Shown here: positions 40,191 through 53,955 of the stretch, one piece after another
Numbering within the stretch: the stretch's first letter is position 1
Layout of the letters: each line of letters starts with the position of its first letter
Notes under the pieces: model-generated
What the model saw: only the letters and a program-made list of their open reading frames with translations
What the model was told of the DNA's origin: nothing
Database searches by the model: none
Assembly: GCA_964016885.1 (NCBI GenBank)
Contig: OZ024740.1
Location: 209,312,001 to 209,376,000 of the forward strand
DNA length: 64,000 nt
Reading direction: 5' to 3'
Origin: Eledone cirrhosa
Taxonomy: Eukaryota
Translations under genes and position numbers: made by a program

Positions 40191-40996
40191 GATATATATT
40201 TATCCTTATCGAGCCCTCTTTGGATTTTAGTCTTCAAATTTATTATTATTAATATATATATATAATGTATGTATGTATGTATGTATGTATGTATGTATGT
40301 ATGTATGTATGTATGTATGTATGTATGTATGTATGTGTGCGTGCGTAAAAGGTAAACAGAAATAACAAAGCAAACGACACAGTACAATGAAGAAATATAT
40401 TAGTTAAACGCTTGATATAGTAAGAAAAGAGTCTTAACGTTTCGGACACTAGTCCTTCACAAGAAAATGGAATGAGAAATAAAAGAGGAAATAGAAAGAT
40501 GGAGAGCGAGAAGAGGAAGGAACGGGAAATTTTTTTTTTTTTAGAAAAAACACGTGTGTATTCAGTCAGTGTTAAACTAATATTCTTCATTATAGTGTGT
40601 CGTTTGGTTTGTTATTTCTGTCTACGTTTTGCACACACACACATACATACGTATATCAACGCTTACATGTACACCCCAAATTCGTTGTATATATATATAT
40701 ATATACTATAAAGTATGTCCATAGAATAATTTGATAATATATATACACCATTTCCTCTCCCAATTAATATAATTAACCACACTAAAAATCAATTAGACCA
40801 GGCTATAAGATTAAAAGGCACCTATGAAGAAATAGTAGATAAATAAACGACAGCAATCTCTTCGCGGCCAACCGCCATAGAATATTTACCCAACATTTCA
40901 ACAGCACGTGGAAATCGATTAAATATACCGTCAACCATACACAATTAGGTATAAAATTAAAGTTAGAAGAAATGCATATACATATACCAGGATTAC

Positions 40997-41076
40997 ATTT
41001 CTACCCTCGGGTTTCATTCGCATTTGGAAATATCCTATTAAGGATAGAATCTCGAGCTTTGAACTCATCAGGAAAC
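40997..41076 (-). ncRNA. Type I hammerhead ribozyme motif
   Basis: Minus strand: GTTTC-CTGATGA-GTTC...GAAT-GAAA-CCCGAGG-GTA-GAAAT; stem III ACC/GGT, predicted GUA cleavage triplet. Confidence 0.65.
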
Positions 41077-41568
41077 AAACTCGTTTGGACAGATTATTTT
41101 CTTAAGTGATCCCCGCCAGAAACGAATTCAAAAAGGCTAAGAATTGTAACGTGGCAGTGGTCAAGTCAGAAAGAATGTGATTGGTTGCTTACGGCGAGTG
41201 GGCTGGTTGCTAGAAAGCGCAGCCCAATATATATATATATATGTGTGTGTGTGTGTCTATATATATATGTGTGTGTGTGTGTCTATATATATATGTGTGT
41301 GTGTGTGTCTATATATATATGTGTGTGTGTGTGTCTATATATATGTGTGTGTGTGTGTCTATATATATATGTGTGTGTGTATATATATATATATGTGTGT
41401 GTGTATATATATATATATGTGTGTGTATATATATATATATATGTGTGTGTGTATATATATATATATATATGTGTGTGTATATATATATATATATGTGTGT
41501 GTATATATATATTTATATATATATATGTGTGTGTGTATATATATATATATGTGTGTGTGTGTATGTGT

Positions 41569-41604
<36 letters not shown>

Positions 41605-41627
41605 GTATTTATATATATATATATATG

Positions 41628-41675
<48 letters not shown>

Positions 41676-42354
41676 CTCGAAAAGAACACCCTTATTTGTA
41701 ATCGGGTCAGGTCAACAACAGCCAGCAGGAATGAAAAACAGATTCCCTTCTTATGTATATATGTATGTGTGTGTGTGTGTGTGTGTAGTAGTAGTAGTAG
41801 TAGTAGCTGTTTTGCTTTAAGCATTTATAATTGTAGTAAATATGAAACAATGGAGCATTCATGTCTTATCGCAACCATAGGCTAGATTCTTTCTTCTCTG
41901 GTACTCATCCAACTGCCTCATTTGTTGAGTTAATTTATTGGTGGGCGGCAAGTGACTTGCAAACAATCAGTTGCGAGGCAGCAAGTCGGTGTAGCAAATA
42001 ATTTCACAAATAAATTTTTGAGAAAATTTTTGTTCACAAACATATATTTCAGTTGATCGATTTAAATGTTTAGAGGACGTAGACATTACAATGGAGGTGT
42101 TTTTCATTGTTATTTCCTTTTAAGTTGATGTATGTTTCATGTTTATAGATCATATAGTTTTTTCCCATAGGTAGCTGAAATTGTGAAGATCATACAAAAA
42201 TTACAACAAAACAGGACAATATTCCCATCGAACAAAAACTGCACACAGTAAAACATACACCAGAATTTGAATACGGTTCGAAGCTAGATAGCTCGTTTCT
42301 ATTTTTCATACAAATTTCATTTAACATTTTAAGCATGGATATATTTTAAAATTA

Positions 42355-42703
42355 GGCGGCGAATTGGCAGAGTCGTTAGAACGTCGGATAGAATGTTTTA
42401 TGGTATTCATTCCGGCTGTCTGCTCTTTGAGTTCAAATCCCGCCGAGGTCAACTTTAATCCCGCCGAGGTCAACTTTGCCTTTCATCATTTCGAGGTCGA
42501 TAAAAAAAAGTACCAGTTTAGTACTAGGGTCGATTCTTCCTCTATATCTTTTTCTAATTTCCTCTCTGTCACTTTCTATCTTTCTCTGGAAGAAATCTGC
42601 TGTACTCAGACCTGGAGAGGAATGGGCTGCGCCAGGCTTAAAATGACCAAGAAACGCCGTATGTCAACACGGCGGCACTACGATTCGATCAGGAGTTACG
42701 GGA
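42355..42703 (+). mobile_element. Full-length SINE with tail B and an internal 21-nt duplication (aatcccgccgaggtcaacttt x2)
   Basis: tRNA-like head, shared core, 3' region homologous to 32740-32880 and 33075-33200. Confidence 0.75.
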
Positions 42704-42976
42704 CCATATCATACCATATTTTAAATTAAATATATTTTGTTATATCTGTTGTTTTTGTTTTTTTAATATGTGGGAGTTTTGTGCATTGTGAGTGGGATTT
42801 TGTCCTGTAGGGTTTTGTCTAGAAATTGTTTTTACCGTATCATGAAATTTTGGAGAGAGGCGCCATCTTTTCATGTAGAAGGCGATATAGGCTGAAATTT
42901 GTTCTTTTTACGATCTCGACAGGAAAACTGAAAATAGTGTATGCACCCAAACACAGCAATTAAACATTAGGAAAAA

Positions 42977-44708
42977 CTAGCAGAAAAACCACCGTTAGGG
43001 TGGTTTGCTGCTAGTATGTGTAGTGTGAATATTGATATTATACACAAATATATATACATGTAGATATGAATATTGATATTATACACAAATATATATACAT
43101 GTAGATATGAATATTGAAATTATACACAAATATATATACATGTAGATATGATCAAATAAAATCGTAATTGACAATATACACAGAAATTGAAAGACGACTG
43201 TGTTACATTGTCTTATGTAATCAGTAACGTAATCCATGATACATTAAAAAAAGACCATATTATATATAAACTACATTAGGAGAGAATTAGTGACAGAAAA
43301 TTAGTATGTTTATTTAAGCGATCGCCACCAGAAGTGTTGACATCACACACTCTCTCTTTCTATATATATGGTAGTTGAAGTGGTGGTGGTGGCAACGATA
43401 TACCGGAAGTGCAACTTTGAAGAGAAGTCAATTTTAAATTATTTATTTTTACGAAATTTAGAAGATAAATTATGTAATATTCATTCATTATTTATTCAAA
43501 GTAAAATAAAGTACCAGCAATGCACTGGGTATTTGCTGGCCTTGTGCCTAAAGTAGAAACAATTATTTATTCAAAGTAATCCAACTTATTTTACATACGG
43601 GATAAGAAAAAATAAACCGTACGCAATCCCGCAGACCTTCCTTTATTATAGTTTAGACTAGCAGAAAAACCACCTTTCGGGTGGTTTTCTGCTAGCATGT
43701 GAGTGTGTATATTGATATTATACGCAGGTATATATACATGTAGATATGGTACATCAAATAAAATCGTAATTGACAATATACACAGAAATTGAACGAAGAC
43801 TGTGTTACACTGTCTTATGTAATCAGTAAATCCTTGATACATTAAAAAAGACGATACTATATATAAACTGCATTAGGAGAAAATTAGTGACAGAAAATTA
43901 GTATGTTCATTTAAGCGATCGCCAACGGAAGAAGATTTAATAAATAAATAAATAAAACGTTATACTTGTTTTACCCTCCCATTTCCAATCAAACCGAACG
44001 CTATCATGACTGTATGAGCGTGTTTGTGTAAATGTATATGTAGGTATGTTTGTGTAAATGTATATGTGTGAATGTAGGTATGTTTGTGTGAATGTATGTA
44101 TATTTGTGTGAAAGTATACTCTCCCATCTCCAATTAAACTGAACGCTATCATGACTGTATGTGTGTGTTTGTGTAAATGTATATGTGTGAATGTATGTAT
44201 GTTTGTGTGAAAGTATATGTGTGAATGTATGTATATTTGTGTGAATGTATGTATATTTGTGCGAATGTATGTATATTTGTGCGAATGTATGTGTATTTGT
44301 GGGAATTATGTCCGTGAGACTGTATTTTTATAAGTTTGTGTTTGCGCAATTATAGTTATATACTCATAATAGTTATATACTCATACATATAGATGTATGT
44401 ATGTGCACAATCATACGCGTCAGGTGTAGAAAATCATAATCTCTCTATCTCTCTATCTCTCTCATCACACGCTCTCTCTTTCTATATATATATGGTAGTT
44501 GAAGTGGTGGTGGTGGTGGCGACGATATACCGGAAGTGCAACTTTGAAAAGAAATCAATTTTAAATTATTTATTTTTACGAAATTGAGTAGATAAATTAT
44601 GTAATATTTATTCATTATTTATTCAAAGTAATCCAACTTATTTTACAAACGGGATAAAAAAAATAAACCGTACGCAGTCCCGCAGACCTTCCTTTATTAT
44701 AGTTTAGA
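42977..44708 (-). mobile_element. Head-to-tail pair of non-autonomous Helitrons (42977-43657 and 43658-44708)
   Basis: Each begins CTAGCAGAAAAACCACC..GGTGGTTT.CTGCTAG and ends CCTTTATTATAGTTTAGA (TC... on minus); junction TTAGA|CTAG. Confidence 0.8.
43505..43561 (+). mobile_element. SINE 3' end inserted in a Helitron, 18-bp TSD
   Basis: ATTATTTATTCAAAGTAA at 43487-43504 and 43562-43579; single (empty) site at 44614-44631 in the sister copy. Confidence 0.92.
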
Positions 44709-44825
44709 TTACTGATTAGAAAAATAATCCATTTAGAAAACACACACACGCATAATACAAATATATATATACACACACACATACATACATATACATATAT
44801 ATACAAACACATACATACATATATA

Positions 44826-44868
<43 letters not shown>

Positions 44869-44916
44869 TATACATACACACATATACATACACACACATA
44901 CATACACATATATATA

Positions 44917-44975
<59 letters not shown>

Positions 44976-45092
44976 CACATATATATATATACACACACAC
45001 ATATATATACACACACACATATATATATATATATACACACACACAGACATATATATATATATATACACATACACACATATACATATATATAT

Positions 45093-45127
<35 letters not shown>

Positions 45128-45231
45128 CATACACACATATATATATATACATACACACACATATATATATATATATACATACACACATATATATACATAC
45201 ACACATATATATATATATATATACATACACA

Positions 45232-45300
<69 letters not shown>

Positions 45301-45301
<1 letters not shown>

Positions 45302-45610
45302 CTCAGACTCAGACTCAGACGCTCCAGCGTCTTGCGACGCATGAGGCAATCATAGTGTTCCACCGCGTTCGGTCAGCAGCCAGTTGTACAGCGTCCCGCC
45401 ATTGTCTGTTTGTCGCTCGCAGGTCCCTCTCAACTGTCTGGCACCAGTTCATTTTGGGTCGCCCTCTCCATCTGCTTCCCTGTGGGTTCCATTTAAGTAC
45501 TTGGTTCGCCAGTCTCTCCGGGGGAAGTCTCAAAGCGTGCCCAAACCAGCCCAGGCGTCGCTTGCAGATGGCAGAAGAGACTAGCAGCTGGTTGGCGAAA
45601 GTCTCAATGA
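45301..45610 (-). mobile_element. RTE-clade LINE 3' end with (CTGAGT)n tail
   Basis: [43 protein letters not shown]; tail actcagactcagactcag on plus strand; embedded in a TA/CA microsatellite. Confidence 0.8.
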
Positions 45611-46308
45611 GCACACACACACATATATATATACATACACGTATATATATATATACATACATACACATATAGTCCTACACGACCACTTTACAGCGTGAAC
45701 TGGGAGCTTTTTGTCGTCACACCTACACGACCTCTTTAGTGTGAACTAGATGTTCTATGGTACCAACATTACTTTACAGAGGGAGTGGGAGGATGGAATA
45801 GGCGTAGTGGGTTGGGGTGTATATTTGGTTACTGACTGTAGTTTTAACTTTGTACGTAAGGTAAGGCGGGTCTTCTGTATTACTGCGTAGTGCCAAAGGT
45901 CTCGATCCAGAAAAAGTAAAAATCATACACGCTCTTCAAAACCATATCCTAACCTTTTCGGCAACAACAACCAACCCATACTATTTACCGGCATGGGTGT
46001 GACAGACGTCATCAGACTGCAGCCATCATATTATGTAGTTTCTAGAATGAGTACTAAAATCTAGTACAGCGATAGCTTGCTAACATTCTGGACTTTGACG
46101 TCACTGGTTCCTGACGTCATAAACTTCTGAGCAAATAGTGTGTTAATGTGACTTATGTAGTAGATCGGTGATTGATGATCGATAATTAAGACACTGTATT
46201 AAACAGCTCGTAGGAGTTCTTATGATTTGAAATATTGCATATACAATAGAGTTATGTTGGGCGGTATTTTGTTGGGTGTTAACTCTTTTTAATGAATCAA
46301 TGTTTTTT

Positions 46309-46572
46309 GGGTGGTGGTGGTGGTAGTAGTGGTAGTAGTGGTGGTGGTGGTAGTAGTAGTAGTAGTGGTGGTGGTGGTGGTGGTAGTGGTGGTAGTAGTG
46401 GTTGTGGTAGTGGTAGTGGTAGTGGTAGTGGTGGTGGTGGTGGTGGTAGTGGTAGTAGTAGTGGTGGTGGTGGTGGTGGTAGTGGTAGTAGTTGTGGTGG
46501 TGGTGGTGGTAGTAGTTGTAGTAGTAGTTGTAGTAGTAGTGGTGGTGGTGGTAGTGGTGGTACTAGTAGTAA
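46309..46572. repeat. Compound (GGT/AGT)n microsatellite
   Basis: Direct reading. Confidence 0.95.
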
Positions 46573-48041
46573 ACATCAAATCAGTGACGGAAATGTGAAG
46601 AGGGTAAGCAAGAGGCAGCGTTCCCTTATTTTTCAGTTTCTCACGGGGACGGAGGTTCTTATAGCATTTACACCTTCGTTCTCAATTTCAGCCTCCCGGA
46701 CCTTAACTTATCCCTAATTAAAAAAAACAAAACATTTCCATTACTGACTCAAAGGCGTTCCTATCGTGATTATCCCCTCTCACTCTTTCCTCCATCATTC
46801 ATAATTCTTTCAAGGCCAACAATTTGGAGGATACTTAACTAATACTTTATTTTATCGACCCCGAAAGGATAAAAAGCGAAGTTGACCCCGACGAAATTTG
46901 AACTCAAAACATTGAAAATCGTCACTGAATACGGCAAAGCATTTTGTTCGACGCCCTATCAATAACTGCTAATTCAAAGCTCGTTTTACTTTATTCATAA
47001 AGTAGTCCACTATGTCCCTTTCTTTTGTAAGTCAATAAGCTCTGATTTGAGGGAGATGCTGGTGGTATTTTTAGCAGATCAAGCTACCGCGTTGGGGTCC
47101 GTGTTTCATTTGCACATTGTGTTAGGTACATTTAGTTGAAAAAATAATAAAAATATAATTTATGAAAAAATATCCCCCCCACCCCACCACCACCACCACA
47201 CACACACACACACACCTCCCAAAACAAAAATCTGTGGTTAATGAAGTGCTCTGACAGTTAACATGAAAGATGATATGAATATATATATATTTAATTTCAT
47301 CGCTTTGAAATATATATTGAAATGATACCTCCTTATATCTCTGTGAAAGAGAATAAGACGTGGTAGAAATAAAATGGGAAATATGAAGAGATAAAAGACA
47401 TCTTTTATTAAAATATTGCCCACGCACACGTTTCTGTATGTGGTGGGTGTGGATGTGGGTGTAGTTGTGGATGGGAAGTGGTGGTGCTGGTCTTTCATAA
47501 TATTGTACAATGACGTTTGTTGTGACGCCATATATATACAGAAGATTTTGTATGAAAAGCGGGGTTTGTTCACTACAGTTTCATCACGTGTGGTGACTTT
47601 TCGCACCCACCCTTTTCCGTTTTCTTTCTATTTTCCATTCATTCATTTATTCATCTCTGCTTTTACTTTTTTTACCATTTCCCTCTCTTCTTTTATTTGT
47701 CTATTCATTCTTTGATTCATTCAGAAGACTCTCTCTCTCTCTCTAATCGAAACGGACACCATTTCCTCGTTTGAAGAACTACGCTCGCCGGCATATTTCT
47801 TTTTCTTAATTTCGTTTTTTCTTATTTTCACTTCCATATGTCGACCTTGCCTGCCAGAACTTGCCACCTAATTCGCTTCATACCAACCAAACCACCCCAA
47901 ACAGGCTCTGAGTTTATGAAACAAAATCAGTCACCTATTTAACGGGTTCCTACTTAAATAAAACCTCTCATAAGTTTTGTTACAAATACTATCTTAATAA
48001 TGAAATAATAATTTTAGTAAATCCCTCAAAATTCTTGATTA

Positions 48042-48213
48042 CCGTATTTCCCGGCGTCGAAGATGCTGCTACTTTTCCCCTAAAATAAGTCTTAAAAAAT
48101 CCACCATGCGTCTTGGAGGCCGGAGGTTGTTTAATATTTTTTTTTAATATTTTGGTTGTCAAAATTAGGGTACGTCCTCAAGGACGAAGCGTCTTCGGCA
48201 CCGGGAAATACGA
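48042..48213. mobile_element. Tc1/mariner-type MITE
   Basis: TA|CCGTATTTCCCGGCGTCGAAGATGC ... GCGTCTTCGGCACCGGGAAATACGA|TA. Confidence 0.75.
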
Positions 48214-48785
48214 TAGTTTAAATATAGTGCATTTCTTTAGAAATATGGTAACGGAAGAGCAGCAGAACAATCCATTAGCTAGCATTCGATTGACGAAAGA
48301 TATACACATACATATATTATTTATTATGGCTAAGTGATGAGTCTTGTTACTTTGGAGTTTCACTTCAGTATTGAGTCTCATGTCCCTCAATATCACACGG
48401 ATATGTGTGTGTGGGGGCGGGGGGCGTTAATTCTGTCTATTGAGGCTGAAATTTGTCTACAGCCATTACCTCAATCAAGTTTCTCTTCCAAACAAGAAAA
48501 TTCAATTTTCTCTGTAATTCTTAACTCAATTTCTTTGAATTATCTCCCCATTTCATTGAGAATCGATGACAATTGGTTTTTGTATTCTGTCTCCAACTAA
48601 AAGGCAAATTTCGATTGATTAAGAACTGTTTGTGCACGTCATTCACTACTTAATCACGTATTTGAATTATAATAGAGTAATTTGACGGATGAGCTCAAGG
48701 TTAGACTTAATGGCGATTGTTGAACACGCACGTTTTTCAGTGGCGCTGTTTTTATTTGGTTTCATGATGAGTCGACTGTTTAAAT

Positions 48786-48962
48786 CAGTCATGGGTAAAC
48801 TGTGACCCGTTTGGTTTTCTGAATGGCACGTCTAATTTCAAAACTGCCTTGGATATTTTAATAGTGCGGCCCGCTTTATAATGAATCATATCCTATGCGG
48901 CCCGCCTTATGATGAATTATATCCTATGCGGCCCACTGCTCAATAAAGGTAGCCCATGCTTA
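48786..48962. mobile_element. hAT-type MITE with 8-bp TSD
   Basis: TSD GTTTAAAT at 48778-48785 and 48963-48970; imperfect TIRs CAGTCATGGG / CCCATGCTTA; internal GCGGCCC repeats. Confidence 0.75.
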
Positions 48963-49194
48963 GTTTAAATAGTTCAAGAATGTCAGGTTATTTGCGAATA
49001 AGGTATTTGTTACTGTTATAGTTTAACCCTAGTTCAGCCCTTTTATCATAAATCAGATCTATCAATGGGGCTGATCTAGAGTTAAACAACAACAACAATC
49101 CAAATTTCTACTACCATAAATGTACCCATTCTCAGGTGCTGGACGATCGTAGACAAATTTTTTGAGTTATCGCCCCTATTTCCAAAAGTTTACA

Positions 49195-49297
49195 CCCGCC
49201 GAGGTTAACTTTGCCTTTCATCCTTACGGGGTCGATAAAATAAAGTACCAGTAATGTACTGGGTAATTACTGGCCTTGTGCCAATAGTAGAAACAAT
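49195..49297 (+). mobile_element. Truncated SINE (tail A)
   Basis: cccgccgaggttaactttgcctttcatccttacggggtcg...ggccttgtgccaatagtagaaacaa. Confidence 0.85.
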
Positions 49298-51017
49298 AAT
49301 TATAGTGCATAGATAGATGTACAAAATTTACACTTGTGATTATTGATGTGGGTAATACTGTATCCATTCAGTTATTTATGAGGATACAGTATTTAGAACA
49401 ATATATTTGAAATACAATATTTAGAACAATGGCCGAATGGTTAAGGAGTTCACTTCACAATCATTAGGTCCTGGGTTCAGTCTCCTGTATGGCACCTTTA
49501 TTTTCCATGCCTTATGAGTGAAATTGGGTAGGCAGAAACTCTTTGAAAACCCTGTTGCACACACGCTGAATCTCTCTGAGAATTACGTTAAGAGTACACG
49601 TATCTGTGGAAGGCTCAGCCACTCACACCTTAATTTCTTGGGCATTCTGTTCCCTTGATCGAACAGCTGGAACTCTTATCGTCGAAACCGACGGAAGTCC
49701 ATTGCAGTGTTTCTTAAAATCTAATAGTTACGATGATAATATCTCTGAGAAAGAGAGAGAAGGAATGGAGGGAGAGAGAGTAATTTATTAGACATTTGAT
49801 CAAAGGCACTCCAGCCATGACCACTTTGTCTTTTCTGTCGATATCCATGACCATATAGAATAATGCGCTCTGTTAGGTTTTCTGAAAGGCACACCTAACG
49901 AAAATTTACCTGGAATTCTTTTTGTAGTGCGGTTCGCATTATGATGAATCAAATCCTACGGGACCCACTGTTCGACAAAGGCGGCCAATGCCTGGTCTAA
50001 TATGTACTCCTTTACTTTTAGACAGTAGAAGTTATTTGAGGGTGTTTTGACTAATATTTCTTACACGTTCAGCAACTTCGTGAATGCTTTGTTGGCCCGA
50101 AAAGTTATTAAAATAGAAAGACATAAAAGGAAAATCGAAATAAGAAATTCCACACTCTTTGCATTCTTTATATAGGCCTATATAGTTAATTGACTGAAAC
50201 GGAGGTTACGTTTACCTATAAAGTATTGTCCTTATTAGTCATGTATTGAATTATTTATATTATTTAGTAAATTCTTTTCCAGAAATGACAGCATTGTTAT
50301 TTTGACATAACTATCTCTAATATAGTGTCAGGTCGCTTTCGAGTTTCTACTGGTAACTACATGTAACCCAGTACAACATGTTACATGGTCGTGTCGTTGG
50401 CAACTAAACCGGCATCCCCACACGCTCCAGGTTGAACAAAACAAAACCTGTCAAATGACGGAGGAACTCAGGAGAGGCAATGACCATTCAGTAAAAAAAG
50501 AAAACAAAACAAAAACAAAAAAAAACAGGGTTGACAGAATTCGTTAGCCTTGGTTGGCAGTCTGTCTAGGAGAAGGATCACTCTGCTCTCAAAATAGGAG
50601 CTGATGGGACTCCTTAATCACCTGAGTGACAACTTTTCAAGTGGCCAATGGCTTCATCCTACAGAATTTAAAAAAGAAAGGACTAATTGGATAATGTTTT
50701 CCTTGACAAAAACAAATTTTTAGTGAAAAACATTACTATTAATTTTCAAATAATTTTGAAAATATTTTAGTAATATAACAAACCTCCTCATTAGTTGCCG
50801 AGGTTAGCTTTGCTTTTCATCCTTGCGGGGTTGATAAACTAAAGCACCAGTAATACACTGAGGATCGATTACATCGATCCCCCCCACCCCCACCGAAAAA
50901 AAGAAAGAAAAAAATTGTTGGCTTTGAGCCTAAATCAGAAACCATTATTAAGCTGGTATTTGGAGTATAACTTAACAAAGTTTACATAAAAATTATGATG
51001 TATGTTTTTTAGATAAA

Positions 51018-51494
51018 CTAGCAGAAAAACCACCCTTGGGGTGGTTTTCTGCTAGCATGTGTAGTGTGTATATTGATATTATATGCATGTAGATATGATA
51101 CATCAAATAAAATCGTAATTGACAATATACACAGAAATTGAACGAAGACTGCGTTACACTGTCTTATGTAATTAGTAACGTAATCCATGATACATTAAAA
51201 AAAGACGATATTATATATAAACTGGGTTAGGAGAAAATTAGTGACGGAAATATATGAATGTTTATTTAAGCGATCGCTAACCGGAAGTGTTGACATTTGA
51301 ACATTTTAAAGAAGTGAATTTTAAAATAAGCAACAGAATTATTTATATTTAATCAAGAATAACGAAATTTAGTAGATAAATTATGTAATATATATATATA
51401 TTTATTCAAAGTAATCCAACTTATTTTACAAACGAGATAAAAAAAAATATATTCTGGAGGCAGTCCCGCACTCCTTACTTTATTATAGTTTAGA
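51018..51494 (-). mobile_element. Non-autonomous Helitron, third copy of the 42977 family
   Basis: A|CTAGCAGAAAAACCACC...TTTATTATAGTTTAGA|T; inserted between A and T, no TSD. Confidence 0.8.
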
Positions 51495-51926
51495 TAGAAA
51501 CACTTTAAAATATACAGATTTGTATCATAGAACCAGGGATGGTTTCAAGCAGCTTGGTATCATAAGGGTTATAACTGGCAAGTTTCAATGATTCGCAATT
51601 TTATCTTCATGTCAGCTCTGATCAAGTTGACTTATGATTAAAAGCATTCCGGTCGTGACTCTCTCGTCTTTTTATGGCTATCAAATATATTCTTTCCTTT
51701 TCTTTTATCCATTAGTTGCTCAGCCGTTTCTTCTTTTCATTCTCGTTACAAGTAGTTAGATAAATAAAACTGCGTTGAAAGTTTGTTTTCAAAAAAGATC
51801 ATTCATGGGTATAGATAGTTTCGTGTGTAATGTCTGTTTTATGTGTAACTTCAGCAGGTTTAGGCATGTTTCACTTTTGGGGTCATTGGCTTTCTCATTT
51901 TCATGACAAGACAACAAACGACTCGT

Positions 51927-52401
51927 ACCATATTATTTGTTGTTGCTGTTGTTATCAGCCGACACAACTCTGATTTAGCACCTTAAATTCCTTGTGATAT
52001 TTAGTTCTTTAGTTCAATTTTGTTTTTTCAAATACATTTCAGTCTTATTTAAATTCTGTGTCAAGGAAAACATTATCTTCTTATGGTGAGAATAAAAAAT
52101 AGAGAGAGAGAAAGAGATATTTGGCTGTTATTTCTAGCTTGTGAATCGACCACATATATACACCATATTATGTTGTTGCTGTTGTTATCAGCCGACACAT
52201 CAACTCTGATTTAGCACCTTAAATTCCTTGTGATATTTAGTTCTTTAGTTCAATTTTGTTTTTTCAAATACATTTCAGTCTTATTTAAATTCTGTGTCAA
52301 GGAAAACATTATCTTCTTATGGTGAGAATAAAAAATAGAGAGAGAGAGAGAAAGAGATATTTGGCTGTTATTTCTAGCTTGTGAATCGACCACATATATA
52401 C
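51927..52401. repeat. About 235-bp tandem duplication
   Basis: 51927-52161 and 52162-52401 are near-identical (accatattat...gaatcgaccacatatatac). Confidence 0.9.
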
Positions 52402-52672
52402 CTCCCTTGTTGGTTCTTCTAGCACTTGTGTATTTTATCGACTTTAATAGGCTGAAAGATAAAGTCGACCCCCAGCGAGGTTTGAACTCAGAACCTCCCA
52501 AATATTGCAAAGCAGTTTTGTTTTGGCACTTCCATCGAAACTATCACTTCATTCGCTTCCTTTGATTGATTCTTGATTTCTTACCTTAGGAACAAGTTTA
52601 TAAATTTATAGGAGAGGGGATATATGTATGTACAGCAGGAACGCTTCGGAATTATCTATGTAACTGTATATA

Positions 52673-52847
52673 CAGGTGAAATTCCGTTATAACGAATATC
52701 ATTATAACGAATTTTCCAGTATAACGAAATTTTTTTCCAATCCTGGCCACACGCTCAATATGTTACGTCGATCTCGTTATAAAGAATTTTTCGTTACAAC
52801 GATTTTTTTTTATACTTCGTGAATTTCGTTATAACGGGATTTTACTG
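52673..52847. mobile_element. pogo/Tc1-type MITE
   Basis: TA|CAGGTGAAATTCCGTTATAACGAA ... TTCGTTATAACGGGATTTTACTG|TA; internal GTTATAACGA repeats. Confidence 0.8.
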
Positions 52848-52948
52848 TATATATATATATATATATATAAGTTTTAATATAGATGAGATTCTACAGGACT
52901 AGAACGTGTTACTTACTGTGGTTACCTCCGATTCAACCCGGAATAACG

Positions 52949-52983
<35 letters not shown>

Positions 52984-53441
52984 GTGTGTGTGTGTATTGA
53001 ACAATGAAAATAAAACAAAAGTTCATAATTAATTCATTGTTTTACGATCGTTTTAGATGGTTGATTGATCATAATAAATCGATATATTTCTAGTCTCGAT
53101 ATCCTAGATCTTACCGTCTTCCTCAGAGCTATGATTTTTTTATTTGCGATATATATATAAGGAGGTTGAAATGAACCAGTCGGATAACTCCACCGGGAAA
53201 AATAAATAAATACATGTTCTCGTTGAAATCATCTCTTCAAGACTGCATCGAGTTCTAACAACGTTATCGGCCCCATCATATGCAGGTGGATTGGTACAGT
53301 ATATGTAACTAGTGAAATTTTACCAACCAACGAATAGAAACAGACTAGTAGATTCTGTTCTCAGCAGTTAGCCCCCCCCCCCTCCCTACGAACCTCAGAA
53401 GGAAGGAAGACTTCAGAAATGTGGGGAAGGGGAGAAATAAT

Positions 53442-53955
53442 TGTTTCTACTTTAGGCACAAGGCCAGCAAATACCCAGTGCATTACTGGTACTTTATTTT
53501 ATCGACCCCGTAAGGATGAAAGGCAAAGTCAACCTCGGCGGGATTTGAACTCAGATCGTAAAGGGACGTAACTATGCTGGAAAGCATGGCGTCCGACCCT
53601 CCACCGATACTACCAATGAGAAATAATAGTTTGTCTTTCGGCACAAGGCCAGACATTTTTTTTTTTATTTTGGAGGGGAGAAGGGGTCAATTATATTGAC
53701 TCCAGTTTTTTGCTGGTGTTTTATATTATCGAACCCAGCAGGATGAAAAGTAAAGTTGACCACGGCGGGATTTGAACTCAGAACGTAAAGATCCAGAACA
53801 AATACTATTAAGCATTTGTCCGACTCTCTAACGACTCTGTCAATCGAAATTGTGTGGGTGGGGAAGGAATGCCGATTTTATCGACTCCAGTGGTTGACTG
53901 GTACTTTATTTTATCGGCCACGGAAGGATAAAAGACAATCTTGACCTCGGCAGGA
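53442..53955 (-). mobile_element. Cluster of three SINE copies; the first (53442-53617) has TSD GAGAAATAAT
   Basis: Reverse-complement core in each; TSD at 53432-53441 and 53618-53627. Confidence 0.8.

Noticed and set aside
41177-41820. Long YI/CV/HT-repeat ORFs here and at 35785-36128, 44615-45363, 3284-3628 and 11586-12119
   Set aside because: Translations of (TA)n, (TG)n and (CA)n microsatellites, which lack stop codons; no coding signal.
42160-42290. Possible host exons after acceptor-like sites (tttttcccatag at about 42170; ttgcatttcag at about 58459)
   Set aside because: No recognisable protein, matching donor or partner exon; cannot be supported without RNA data.
46289-46717. Gly/Ser-rich, poly-Thr and poly-Val ORFs
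   Set aside because: All come from one (GGT/AGT)n microsatellite; no splice or homology support.
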